This document shows positions 44,227 through 54,624 of a DNA stretch of 64,000 nt, piece after piece. A model generated the notes under the pieces. It was given only the letters and a program-made list of their open reading frames with translations. It ran no database searches and was not told where the DNA came from. Position numbers and translations under genes: made by a program. This DNA is from Eubacteriales bacterium (lineage in GTDB: Bacteria; Bacillota; Clostridia; Oscillospirales; CAG-272). The first letter of the stretch is position 1. The number at the start of each line of letters is the position of its first letter. The stretch is from assembly GCA_045660185.1 (NCBI GenBank), contig JAZRDI010000058.1, positions 8,385 through 72,384 on the forward strand. Direction: 5' to 3'.

Positions 44227-45630
44227 ATGGCTAAAAAGCTTCTTATAACTGAAACCGTTCTCCGTGACTCTCATCAGTCACTTGCGGCAACTCGTATGAC
44301 CACAGAAGAAATGCTTCCCATACTTGATGCTATGGATCAGGTTGGTTACTATTCTCTTGAGGCTTGGGGCGGAGCTACGTTCGATTCCTGCCTTCGTTTC
44401 TTGAACGAGGATCCCTGGGTAAGACTTCGTACTATCAAGGATCACGTTAAAAACACCAAGCTTCAGATGCTCTTCAGAGGTCAGAATATTCTCGGATACC
44501 GTCATTACGCAGACGACGTTGTTGAGTACTTCGTTCAGAAGTCAATTGCAAACGGTATTGATATTATTCGTATTTTCGATGCTCTTAACGATGCAAGAAA
44601 CCTTGAAACTGCAATTAAGGCAACTATCAAGGAAGGTGGTCACGTTCAGGCTGCAATTTCTTACACAACTTCTCCCTTCCACACCAACGAGGGCTTTGCT
44701 CAGTACGCAAAGCAGCTCGAGGAAATGGGAGCTCACTCTATTTGTATTAAGGATATGTCCGGTCTTATTAAGCCTTATGAAGCGTATCAGCTTGTTAAGA
44801 CTATTAAGAATACGGTTAAGATTCCCGTTCACATGCACGCTCACTACACTGCAGGTCTTGCATCTATGACATTGCTTAAAGCAATTGAGGCTGACGTTGA
44901 CGGTGTTGATACAGCTATTTCACCTCTTGCAATGGGTACATCTCATACTCCTACAGAAGCTCTCGTTGCAACTCTTCAGGGTACTCCCCACGATACAGGC
45001 CTTTCTCTTGAAAAGCTTGACGTTGTTGCAAAGTACTTCAATACTATCCGTGAGAAGTATCTTGCTTCCGGCCTTATCGACCCGAAGGTTCTCAAGGTTG
45101 ACGTTAACGCTCTTCGCTATCAGGTTCCCGGCGGAATGCTTTCCAACCTTATCTCTCAGCTTAAGATGGCAGGTAAGTCCGATAAGCTTGACGCGGTTCT
45201 TGAAGAGGTTGCAAGAGTTCGTGAGGATTCAGGATTCCCTCCCCTTGTAACTCCTACATCGCAGATTGTTGGTACTCAGGCGGTTAACAACGTTCTCTTC
45301 GCTAACGAAGGAAGATATTCCAGAGTTACAAAGGAATTTAAGGGACTTGTTCGCGGTGAGTACGGTAAGTGCCCCGCAACTATTACTGATGAATTCAAGA
45401 AGCAGATTATCGGTGACGATGATATCATTGATTACAGACCCGCAGATAAAATTGCTCCCGAAATCGAATCCCTCAAAGAAAGAGTTGCTCCCTACGAGGA
45501 ACAGCCCGAGGATCTTCTTTCTTTGGCTCTCTTCGAGCAGGTTGCCATCAAGTTCTTCGAGTGGAGAAAGCAGCAGAATTATAAGCTTGATGCTAACGCA
45601 GATGCTGCAAATGGAGTTCATCCCATCTAA
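44227..45630 (+). CDS. oadA: Oxaloacetate decarboxylase alpha-type carboxyltransferase (no fused biotin domain)
   Basis: LRDSHQS, EAWGGATFD, CIKDMSG, HAH, QVPGGM, PLVTPTSQIVG. Confidence 0.92.
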   Translation: MAKKLLITETVLRDSHQSLAATRMTTEEMLPILDAMDQVGYYSLEAWGGATFDSCLRFLNEDPWVRLRTIKDHVKNTKLQMLFRGQNILGYRHYADDVVEYFVQKSIANGIDIIRIFDALNDARNLETAIKATIKEGGHVQAAISYTTSPFHTNEGFAQYAKQLEEMGAHSICIKDMSGLIKPYEAYQLVKTIKNTVKIPVHMHAHYTAGLASMTLLKAIEADVDGVDTAISPLAMGTSHTPTEALVATLQGTPHDTGLSLEKLDVVAKYFNTIREKYLASGLIDPKVLKVDVNALRYQVPGGMLSNLISQLKMAGKSDKLDAVLEEVARVREDSGFPPLVTPTSQIVGTQAVNNVLFANEGRYSRVTKEFKGLVRGEYGKCPATITDEFKKQIIGDDDIIDYRPADKIAPEIESLKERVAPYEEQPEDLLSLALFEQVAIKFFEWRKQQNYKLDANADAANGVHPI

Positions 45631-45645
45631 TTAATAGAAAAAGTC

Positions 45646-45756
45646 AAAGCGAGGATGCTAAAAGGTGTCCTCGCTTTTTTAAATCTTTATAATAGTTAAT
45701 AGAAAAATAAAAAAGCGAAGATACCAAGCCTTTGTGGCAAAAGTATCCTCGCTTTT
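45646..45756. terminator. Two related terminator hairpins between convergent oadA and ftsH
   Basis: AAAGCGAGGATGC...GTGTCCTCGCTTT and AAAGCGAAGATAC...GTATCCTCGCTTT. Confidence 0.7.
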
Positions 45757-45811
45757 CTGCTTTTAACTGTTTGTTAAAGTCTAATTAGTTTAAATGTTAG
45801 TTATAGTCTAA

Positions 45812-48052
45812 TTAGTTGTTTGTTTCTTTGTTATCCTCGGAATCGGAGGTGGCCGATGAATCCGAAGAATCGCTTTCTTTGTTTTGAGAAGCATTGTCAG
45901 CGTTTTCTATGGTTACGCTGTCCGACGGCTTCTCATCTGTATTCTTATCCGATTCTTTTTTCTCTACCACATCTGATAAGTCTACGCGATGAAGAGTGCC
46001 GTTTTGCATATCGCGGAAGAAGTTTTCGAGCATATTGTCGTTTTTAGCATCGACTTTTGCTTTTTCAGCTTCCATACGGCGCTTCTCTTCTTCTGCTTTT
46101 TGGTTATTTTCGTGAGCGGTTTTGTTTTCTTCCTCGCTCTTTCTGTTTCTTTCTTTTGCAATATTTTCAATTTCTTCAATCGTGGGATTTTCAGCTTCCA
46201 TACAAGCCTTGAACTGTTCATCGTCCATAGATTCGTTCTTCAAAAGAAATTCCGCAACAAAATGAAGCTTTGCGATATTGGTAGTTAGAATGTCTTTGCA
46301 CTTTTCATAAGATCTTGCGATAATATTTCGAATTTCATCGTCAATCTCTGCGGCAGTTTTTTCGGAATATCCCTTGCCCGAAGAGAAATCTCTTCCAAGG
46401 AATACTTCGTCTGCAGAATGCTCTGAGCCGTAAAGAACCGTACCGAGCTTCTCGCTCATACCGTATCTCGTTACCATATTTCTTGCGATATTAGTAGCCT
46501 GCTGTATATCGTTAGACGCTCCGGTAGAAATATCGTCAAGAACTATTTCCTCGGCAACTCTACCACCGAGAGAAAGTACTATATGGTCAATCATTTCGTT
46601 TCTTGAAGAGGTCATTCTATCCTGCGTGGGAACGCTGATAGTAACACCGCCTGCAGAGCCTGCCGGGATAATTGTAATGTGCTTAACGGGGTCGGTGTGC
46701 TTGCAGTAGTATGAAGCAACCGCATGACCGGCTTCGTGATAAGCGCAAAGCTTATTATCTTCATCAGAACGAACCTTGCCCTTCTTCTGCGGACCGAGAA
46801 GCATCTTCATATAAGACGCCTCAATATCGTCCATACCTATAAGAGCCTTGTTTTTCTTTGCGGCAAGAAGCGCTGCTTCATTAAGAAGGTTAGCGAGTTC
46901 AGCGCCTGTGAATCCAATTGTGGTTTGCGCGATTTTTCTAAGATCAACGCTTGCCTCAAGAGGCTTGTTGCGGCAGTGAACCTTAAGGATTGCTTCTCTG
47001 CCCTTGATGTCGGGATAGTTAACAGTAACGCGTCTGTCGAATCTTCCGGGACGAAGCAATGCGGGATCTAATATGTCCGGGCGGTTTGTAGCCGCGATAA
47101 CTATTACACCGGAATTAGTGCCAAATCCGTCCATTTCAACAAGAAGCTGGTTGAGCGTCTGTTCTCTTTCGTCATGACCGCCGCCAAGACCTGCACCTCT
47201 GTGACGTCCTACTGCATCTATCTCGTCAATGAAAATTATACTTGCGGGAGTTTTTCTTGCATTATCGAAGAGGTCACGAACGCGCGATGCACCGACACCG
47301 ACGTACAATTCAACGAAGTCGGAACCCGAAATTGAGAAGAAAGGAACGCCCGCTTCACCTGCAACGGCTTTTGCAAGAAGAGTTTTACCTGTACCGGGAG
47401 GGCCTACTAAAAGAACGCCTCTCGGGATTCTTGCGCCGAGTTTAACATATTTTGAGGGGTCTTTTAAGAATTCAACTACCTCTTCAAGCTCTGCTTTTTC
47501 TTCGTCAGCGCCTGCAACGTCTGCAAATTTAACGTTGTTTTTCTCTCCTTGAAGCTTTGCTTTTGATTTTGCAAAGGAGTTAATTTTTCCTCCGCCTGCC
47601 CCTCTCATCATAAAGAAGTAGAACAGACCGAGAAGCACGAGCATAAGGAGCATAGGAAGATATGCTTGCCACCAAGGAGCTTCTGCAGGGGGATCATAGT
47701 TATACGACTTAAGGTTTGAATTTTCAGATTTGTAATTTTCAAGAGCTATCTCGTTTATTTGCTGAAGCTGGAAATTGTAGCTGAGCGTATAGGTATGCTC
47801 TTCGGTTTTTGTTTTATCATAGCCGATAATTTTACCGTTTTCGTCTTTTATCGGCTTGTATGCGGTAAGATTTATGGAAAGCTTACCGTCAACGTTAAAC
47901 GACGTTACCATATCGTTTTCAAAAAGTTCAATTAAATCGCTGTATTCAAATTTTTCTTCGTCTCTAAATGCATTGGTGAACCATGAAACGGATAAAATTA
48001 TCACAGCTAAAATGACAAGGAGCAATACTATGCTCTTAATATTTGCTTTCAT
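45812..48052 (-). CDS. ftsH: ATP-dependent zinc metalloprotease FtsH with long charged C-terminal tail
   Basis: Two TM segments, [32 protein letters not shown]. Confidence 0.97.
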   Translation of the reverse strand: MKANIKSIVLLLVILAVIILSVSWFTNAFRDEEKFEYSDLIELFENDMVTSFNVDGKLSINLTAYKPIKDENGKIIGYDKTKTEEHTYTLSYNFQLQQINEIALENYKSENSNLKSYNYDPPAEAPWWQAYLPMLLMLVLLGLFYFFMMRGAGGGKINSFAKSKAKLQGEKNNVKFADVAGADEEKAELEEVVEFLKDPSKYVKLGARIPRGVLLVGPPGTGKTLLAKAVAGEAGVPFFSISGSDFVELYVGVGASRVRDLFDNARKTPASIIFIDEIDAVGRHRGAGLGGGHDEREQTLNQLLVEMDGFGTNSGVIVIAATNRPDILDPALLRPGRFDRRVTVNYPDIKGREAILKVHCRNKPLEASVDLRKIAQTTIGFTGAELANLLNEAALLAAKKNKALIGMDDIEASYMKMLLGPQKKGKVRSDEDNKLCAYHEAGHAVASYYCKHTDPVKHITIIPAGSAGGVTISVPTQDRMTSSRNEMIDHIVLSLGGRVAEEIVLDDISTGASNDIQQATNIARNMVTRYGMSEKLGTVLYGSEHSADEVFLGRDFSSGKGYSEKTAAEIDDEIRNIIARSYEKCKDILTTNIAKLHFVAEFLLKNESMDDEQFKACMEAENPTIEEIENIAKERNRKSEEENKTAHENNQKAEEEKRRMEAEKAKVDAKNDNMLENFFRDMQNGTLHRVDLSDVVEKKESDKNTDEKPSDSVTIENADNASQNKESDSSDSSATSDSEDNKETNN

Positions 48053-48092
48053 TTAAGCATTTCCAAGCCTTTCTTAAATACTATTGTATGTT

Positions 48093-49517
48093 TTAGATGA
48101 TTTTTTCGTAAATGGTTATCCATTTGTTAGTTTTTTCTTTTGGAAAATCATCTCTGACACCAAATCCCGGAATCCAAACAATTCCCTTTTCGTCGATAAT
48201 CAAAGGTGTTTTCTCTCTCTGCGAAGGCGGGATTTTTTTGTCGTAGAAAAGTTTTTTTACCTTTCTTGTCATACCGCCATAGTAGTAAGAGTCACCGTCT
48301 TTTTTATTTCTCACCGAGAGTTCACCAATAATTATAGCAGAACTCAATTTTACTTGTATTGAAAATTTGTAAACATTTGAAGAAAAAACATCTCTTTCAT
48401 CGTTTGCAACCGCAATTCCGATATTTAATTCGGGAATTTCGTTGAAGCCTTCTTTGAGCTTACGCTCAAAGGCAATGTGATTAGGTGAGTTTGTTTTGTT
48501 TTCTATAGAGCAATACGTCTCTTTTAATGAAAATTTAGCTTCGCCCGGAATGTCAACGGCAAAATTTCCACCCCTTTTTAAAAGGTCCATAATTTTTTCA
48601 ATATGGATCTTTTCCGGTGTCGGAAGGTTTAATTCCTTGCACATAAGGCGCAATACGCGTGACAAAATCGCAGGATGCAATTCCTTAAGCTTAAAAGCCG
48701 AGATTTTCCCTTCTTTCACGTTTTCGCAATAAAAGCGCTCTGACGTTATAGCGAGATAATCCGCATCAGCGCGAAGATTAGAAATAGCTTTGTTTGCCAT
48801 ATCCTCCGGAGAAGATGCAAGACGTGTTAACGTTGGGAGTATTTCGTGTCTTATATAGTTTCTCGTATATTCAACCGAAAAATTCGTTTCATCTGTAACA
48901 AACGGAATTTTTGCATCGTTGAGAAGCGCCAAAACGTCTTTTTTAGAAACGGAAATGAGCGGTCTGATTATGTTATCGCGTACGGGCGATATTGCAGTAA
49001 GACCGAGTATTCCGCTACCGCGCATAAGGTTGAATATGAACGTTTCAAGATTGTCGGTGCTATTGTGCGCCGTGGCTATAGCGTTAAGACGGCTGTCTTT
49101 TGATAAGACTTTGTCAAAAAAACTGTACCTTACAATTCTCGCGCTTTCTTCTATGCCGAGACGGTTTTCGTTTGCATAGCGAGGAACGTCCACTCTTGTG
49201 CTTTCGTATTCTATGCCCAATGTTTCGGCGAACTCTTTCGAAAATTTTTCGTCAGCGTTTGCGCTTTCGCCTCGTATCATATGATTTACGTGTAAAGCTT
49301 TTAGTGCAAAATTGTTATCTTTCTGAATTTTTCTAAGGATAATCAAGAGCAGAACCGAATCTGCACCGCCTGAAAAACCGATAGCTACACCGCTTTTTAA
49401 GAACGGAAGCATATTGTTATCGGCTATCGTTTTGCTAACGCTGTTATATATCTTTTTGCCGAGCTCGGAGTCGAAAAGGCCATCACACCTTGAAATTAAT
49501 GATTCTTTATCAATCAA
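48093..49517 (-). CDS. tilS: tRNA(Ile)-lysidine synthetase
   Basis: FSGGADS, ATAHNSTD, IIRPL, DETN, RNYIRH; TTG start overlapping the dnaB end (alternative start 49535). Confidence 0.93.
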   Translation of the reverse strand: MIDKESLISRCDGLFDSELGKKIYNSVSKTIADNNMLPFLKSGVAIGFSGGADSVLLLIILRKIQKDNNFALKALHVNHMIRGESANADEKFSKEFAETLGIEYESTRVDVPRYANENRLGIEESARIVRYSFFDKVLSKDSRLNAIATAHNSTDNLETFIFNLMRGSGILGLTAISPVRDNIIRPLISVSKKDVLALLNDAKIPFVTDETNFSVEYTRNYIRHEILPTLTRLASSPEDMANKAISNLRADADYLAITSERFYCENVKEGKISAFKLKELHPAILSRVLRLMCKELNLPTPEKIHIEKIMDLLKRGGNFAVDIPGEAKFSLKETYCSIENKTNSPNHIAFERKLKEGFNEIPELNIGIAVANDERDVFSSNVYKFSIQVKLSSAIIIGELSVRNKKDGDSYYYGGMTRKVKKLFYDKKIPPSQREKTPLIIDEKGIVWIPGFGVRDDFPKEKTNKWITIYEKII

Positions 49518-50889
49518 TTTTTCTATCTTCCTCAAGAGTTCTGAATTTTGTAAACTGACCGATCCAGCCCATTTTAACGTTGCCTACGGATCCATGTCTG
49601 TTCTTAGCTATAATTACTTCTGCGGTATTTGCAGTATCCTCGATGGGCGCTTCACCTTCATTTTCGGTCGATGCACCTATATCCTTATAATAGGTATCGC
49701 GGTAAAGGAACATAACTATATCTGCGTCCTGCTCGATAGAACCCGAATCTCTTAAGTCTGCAAGAGTGGGACGTTTGTTGGTAACTCCTCTTGCTTCCGT
49801 ACCTCTGTTAAGCTGCGCGCAGCAAACGATAGGAATACCGAAGTCCTTTGCCATAATCTTAAGGTTTCTTGAAATTTCTCCGACCTGTTGAGCTCTGTTA
49901 TCTACGTTAGTGCTTGATTGCATAAGACCTATATAGTCTATAATAACAAGGCCGAGGTTTGGTACTCTTCGAAGCTTTGAACGCATTTCGGTAACTCCGA
50001 TTTGAGAGGTATCGTCTACGTATATTTCGCAACCGGAAAGCTCCGAAATAACACCTGCGATGTTTTCCCAGTCTTCAGTAGATAAAATACCTGAACGCAA
50101 GCTTTGAGAATCAACCATCGCTTCACTCGATATAACTCTTGTTACAAGCTGCTCGCAAGACATCTCAAGGGAGAAAATAGCAACCGCTTTTTTTGATTTT
50201 TTAGCAACGTTCGTTCCTATGTTAAGAACGAATGAGGTTTTACCCATACCGGGACGCGCTCCTACGATTACGAAGTCACCCTTTCCAAGCTCTATGAGCT
50301 TTTCATCAAGCCCGGAGAATCCGGTTTTAGTTCCCTTTCTTGCATTGCGCTCTTCGGAGCTCATTTCAAGCTCTTGATATACGCTATGGAGAATGTCGCT
50401 TATATGGCGCAATTCCTTGGTATCGTTGTTATTTGAAATGTCAAAAATCTTCTGTTCTGCGGAATCAATGATGTTTCTTACCGAAGATGTCTCTTCATAC
50501 GCCTCGGTGTTGATTTCGTCACAAACGTTGATAAGTTTGCGCAAGGTAGACTTATCCTTAACTATTTTTGCATAGTCCTTAACGTTAGATGCAGAAGGAA
50601 CCGAGTCTGCGAGAAGCGCTATATACTGTATACCGCCCGTTTGATCCTTTATTCCCGATTCTACCAACGCGTTAGCCAGCGTTACGGGGTCTATGGTTCT
50701 GCTCTCCGTGTACATCTTCGTGAGTGAAACGTAGATATGCTTATGCTCTTCAAGATAGAAATCTTCGGCAGTAAGCATACCTCCCACGGAGTCGAATGAA
50801 TCGGGCTTTCTGATTATCGAGCCGAGAAATGCTTGCTCCGCTTCGATAGATACAGGCATTTGCTTAATAATCGAATTGTTCTGTTCCAT
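49510..50889 (-). CDS. dnaB: Replicative DNA helicase
   Basis: GARPGMGKT, FSLEM, IIDYI, DLRDSGSIEQDAD, IAKNRHG. Confidence 0.97.
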   Translation of the reverse strand: MEQNNSIIKQMPVSIEAEQAFLGSIIRKPDSFDSVGGMLTAEDFYLEEHKHIYVSLTKMYTESRTIDPVTLANALVESGIKDQTGGIQYIALLADSVPSASNVKDYAKIVKDKSTLRKLINVCDEINTEAYEETSSVRNIIDSAEQKIFDISNNNDTKELRHISDILHSVYQELEMSSEERNARKGTKTGFSGLDEKLIELGKGDFVIVGARPGMGKTSFVLNIGTNVAKKSKKAVAIFSLEMSCEQLVTRVISSEAMVDSQSLRSGILSTEDWENIAGVISELSGCEIYVDDTSQIGVTEMRSKLRRVPNLGLVIIDYIGLMQSSTNVDNRAQQVGEISRNLKIMAKDFGIPIVCCAQLNRGTEARGVTNKRPTLADLRDSGSIEQDADIVMFLYRDTYYKDIGASTENEGEAPIEDTANTAEVIIAKNRHGSVGNVKMGWIGQFTKFRTLEEDRKID

Positions 50890-50914
50890 ATAATTTCCTC
50901 AACAGAATTTGATT

Positions 50915-51358
50915 TTATTCGTGAACAAGTACACTAAAGGTTGCAACAACTTCGGGGTGAACCTTAAGCTCAATGGTGTATTTTCCGTAAGCCTTGATTA
51001 CGTCCTTAAGATTGATTTTTCTCTTATCGATGGGAGTGTCAATAAGCTTCGAAAGCTCATCGGCAATATCTTTTGCGGTAACAGATCCGTAAAGTCTGCC
51101 GTCATGACCGTGACCCATTTGAATCTTAACCTCTTGGGATTTAATTTTTTCAGCAAGCGCAACCGCAGCCTTTTTATCCTCTGCAAGTTTGAACTGTTTT
51201 GCTTCTTCCTTACCGCGAAGCTCGTTTTGAGCCTTGTTATCAGCGGGGATAGCCTTCTTTTGAGGGAAGAGGAAGTTTCTTGCATAACCGTCCGAAACGT
51301 TTATTATCTGGTCCTTCTTTCCCTGACCTTTTACATCGCAAAGTAAAATTACTTTCAT
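50915..51358 (-). CDS. rplI: 50S ribosomal protein L9
   Basis: [36 protein letters not shown]. Confidence 0.97.
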   Translation of the reverse strand: MKVILLCDVKGQGKKDQIINVSDGYARNFLFPQKKAIPADNKAQNELRGKEEAKQFKLAEDKKAAVALAEKIKSQEVKIQMGHGHDGRLYGSVTAKDIADELSKLIDTPIDKRKINLKDVIKAYGKYTIELKVHPEVVATFSVLVHE

Positions 51359-51375
51359 TATCTTTTCTCCTAAAG

Positions 51376-53382
51376 TTAATTATTGTCATTTGCTGCATCG
51401 AGATAATCATCGATGCTCTTTTTTAACGTATCAAGAACTTCACTTACAGATTCGGATTTTACTTGAGCACCTGCAACGTCAAAGTGTCCGCCGCCGTGAA
51501 GCTTTTCGAGTATTGACTGAACGTTAATCTTTCCGTTAGAACGTCCTGAAATGTGAATCTGCTCGCCAATTCTAACCATCGCGAATGCCGCGCTTACATT
51601 TTTTAGGGTAAGCATTTTATCAGCAGCCTTTGAGGCAACTATACGGTAAGAATCATCTGTTTCACCGTCGCAACACGATATTGCAATATCGTTTTTATAT
51701 ACGGTGATTTCGGTATGGAATCTCGATTCTTTCGCAAGGTCATCGGGCGATGTTTTGAACATATCGTAAACGTCGGTGGGATTCGCTCCGACACCGCGAA
51801 GATATTGCGCCGCTCCAAACGTACGAGTACCTGTATTTCTCGTGAATTGCTTTGTATCAAGAATAATGCCTGAAAGAAGTATATTCGCTTCTTCTCTGGA
51901 TATGTTATTTGAGGTAAGAGCAACCTCAAGCATTTCGCAAAGCAATTCGCACGTGCTTGATGCAGAGGGCTCGATGTAAGAAATTTCAACGCTGCTCGGC
52001 ATCACGTCGACTTTTCTGTGGTGGTCTATAATAACTACTTTGTGCGCTCTTGTGGATATGTCGGTAAACTGCGAACGCTCAAAGTTATTATGGTCAACGA
52101 GGATTACGAGCGTATCAGGTGTCATAAGGTCGATAGCGTCGGCACTGTCAACGAATACGTTTGCATATCTGTCGGTTTCTTGCATTAATTCGATACAGGG
52201 CTGAAGGTTTGCATCTCTCATATCTACCGCGATATTCACCTTTGCGCCGAGAATCATAGCGAGTCTTGCAGCGCCTATTGAAGCACCGAATGAGTCGAAA
52301 TCTCCGTATCTGTGGCCCATAACTATAACGTTGTCTGCTCGAGCCATTAAAGCGGAAAGCTGATTGGTAAATGTTCTTGAGCGAACGTTTGAACGCTTGT
52401 AAAGAGATTTGGTTCTTCCGCCGTAATATTCGATAGTATCCTCGGTCTTATATACAACTTGGTCGCCGCCGCGCTGAAGAGCAAGGTCGATAGCATCTCT
52501 TGCAGCCTTTTCTCTATCCGCAAGCGTTCCGACCGCCTTGGAAATACCGATGGAAACGGTTATTGAAACGCCGTCTCCGACTCTGCTGTTACGGATTTCA
52601 TCAAGAATTTCAAATCTGTTTCCAATGTTCTCCTCAAGCATAGCTGCATCGAAAAGAACGAGATATTTATCGTTATCATATGATTTAACTATACCGTTCA
52701 TCGATTTAGCCCACGCTTTGATTTTATCGTCAACGTCGGCGACCGCATCTCTGAATTTATCGTGAACGTACTGAAGTATATCCTCTACGTTATCAATTGC
52801 TATATATGCAACCGCAACTCTTTCGTCATGATAACGCTTCTGAATGTCGAGAAATTCGGTAACGTCATTAAGGATTATAAGGTACAAGCCTTCGTTCTTA
52901 TCCGTTATTTCAAAGGATTCGATTCTGTACTGCTTTTCGAATATTGTAACCGGCTTACCGTTGATATTTTCCTTTGAAATAGGCTCGCTTATCAACGCGG
53001 AAATGTTCATACCAATGTAATTTCCGTACAAATCGGTGATTTCGTGCATTGCATCATTATACCACAACACAGTACCGTAAGCATCGATGGCAAATACGGG
53101 TAAAAGCGTATTTTTGAAAACCAAGCTTCCGGTTTCTCCGAGTAGCTTTTGAACGTCGGCAGACGGAAGCATCTTTATAAACTGTGCGTGATAGGTTGCA
53201 ACAAGCGCAACGCAAAGCAGATATAAGAATGACATTGCTACCGCAGAAAAGATAGGATCTATTGCAGTGTATTCATTTATGAGCGCATATATTGCGATGA
53301 AGATGGGACAAAGCATAACGCAAAGCGCAAGCTGTGCCTTCGAAACGAAAGGAATATGCTTTTTTTCGTTATTGTTATTCAT
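51376..53382 (-). CDS. gdpP: c-di-AMP phosphodiesterase GdpP-like (TM-PAS-degenerate GGDEF-DHH/DHHA1)
   Basis: [20 protein letters not shown]; conserved position upstream of rplI. Confidence 0.9.
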   Translation of the reverse strand: MNNNNEKKHIPFVSKAQLALCVMLCPIFIAIYALINEYTAIDPIFSAVAMSFLYLLCVALVATYHAQFIKMLPSADVQKLLGETGSLVFKNTLLPVFAIDAYGTVLWYNDAMHEITDLYGNYIGMNISALISEPISKENINGKPVTIFEKQYRIESFEITDKNEGLYLIILNDVTEFLDIQKRYHDERVAVAYIAIDNVEDILQYVHDKFRDAVADVDDKIKAWAKSMNGIVKSYDNDKYLVLFDAAMLEENIGNRFEILDEIRNSRVGDGVSITVSIGISKAVGTLADREKAARDAIDLALQRGGDQVVYKTEDTIEYYGGRTKSLYKRSNVRSRTFTNQLSALMARADNVIVMGHRYGDFDSFGASIGAARLAMILGAKVNIAVDMRDANLQPCIELMQETDRYANVFVDSADAIDLMTPDTLVILVDHNNFERSQFTDISTRAHKVVIIDHHRKVDVMPSSVEISYIEPSASSTCELLCEMLEVALTSNNISREEANILLSGIILDTKQFTRNTGTRTFGAAQYLRGVGANPTDVYDMFKTSPDDLAKESRFHTEITVYKNDIAISCCDGETDDSYRIVASKAADKMLTLKNVSAAFAMVRIGEQIHISGRSNGKINVQSILEKLHGGGHFDVAGAQVKSESVSEVLDTLKKSIDDYLDAANDNN

Positions 53383-53407
53383 ATTCGGCTCCTATAAACA
53401 AAGGTTG

Positions 53408-54388
53408 TTAGTCTTTTATTGTTTTGTTGTGAGAATTAACGCCTAAAACTACCCATATACCGAGGTAAGATATTACGCTTGGCAAAAGAGTTGGGAAAGA
53501 AATCAATCCAACGATAATAATTAACGTTATCGTGCTTTTTTTAGGCGCTGCCTTGCGAAGCATAAGAATGTATCTGATTCCCATGTAAAGAAAGACTGCC
53601 ATTAAAATGGTGTTGACGTTAAGAAGAACCAATGCAAATTTCGACTTTCCGTCTGAGAGCGCGTAAAGCGCGGTTGAAGCAATATAAGAGTACGCGCAAA
53701 TATTCGAGGGTAAAAAGTGCGCAAATGTTTTGAGTATTCCGTGCTTTGCATATTTTAAAACGAGAGCTGTGTAAATTTTTAACGTGAGTCCTGCAATCGA
53801 AAACGCAAAAATTGCTACGAGTGCGATGAAGGAATTAGTAAGCGTTGCGAAATAGATTTCGGATTCTTCAACGCTCATCAAAATTTGCGATGCTCCGTCC
53901 TCTGTCGCTATTGCCATAGCGGAAAGAGATTCTACTATATACCTCTTTAGATTGAGGAAAATTTCAAAATAATGCCCTTTAACAGCGGTGAAGGAAAAAC
54001 TCTCGATTGCCACAGCGGCGCTTAAATATAAGGATATGAACACGAATACCGCTACGGTGAAGGTAATATATATCGATGCCTCTGCTTTGCTGAGTGATTT
54101 TTTGTAGCAAAAAGCTATTATCAATGCAAGTATAACGTATTCTATTGAAATAAGAGCTACCAATCCTTTAATAAGCACACTGCAAACGATAGACGATATC
54201 GGGCAGACGTATGACATAAATCTCTTTTTAGGATTTTCGAACAAAAATAGCGTAGCCAAAAATGCCGATGCCAAAGGCAGAAGCAATTCTCCGACAATAC
54301 TAACGCCGATTCCGAAAAGAAAAGTCAATACGGAAAATACAGCTATGACACGAGAGTAACTGCACGTGTCTTTTAATTCTCTGACCAT
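53408..54388 (-). CDS. Membrane protein, YybS/DUF2232-like
   Basis: Multi-TM protein in the conserved position upstream of gdpP. Confidence 0.65.
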   Translation of the reverse strand: MVRELKDTCSYSRVIAVFSVLTFLFGIGVSIVGELLLPLASAFLATLFLFENPKKRFMSYVCPISSIVCSVLIKGLVALISIEYVILALIIAFCYKKSLSKAEASIYITFTVAVFVFISLYLSAAVAIESFSFTAVKGHYFEIFLNLKRYIVESLSAMAIATEDGASQILMSVEESEIYFATLTNSFIALVAIFAFSIAGLTLKIYTALVLKYAKHGILKTFAHFLPSNICAYSYIASTALYALSDGKSKFALVLLNVNTILMAVFLYMGIRYILMLRKAAPKKSTITLIIIVGLISFPTLLPSVISYLGIWVVLGVNSHNKTIKD

Positions 54389-54624
54389 TACTTACTCCAT
54401 AAATAATTATAAATATACTTATATAGTATAACACAGTACTAATTAAAAGTAAATATCCAACACTGATTTTCTTACAAAATATTTAAAAATTGTTTAAACT
54501 TGGACTTCAAAATACCATAAAATACATTTTTTTATGGGTTAATATGTGTTTTTTTGTCAAGCTTATTGAAAAATATATTAAAATGTTGTACAATATAATG
54601 AAGTCTTATGATAGGGGGTGCGTT

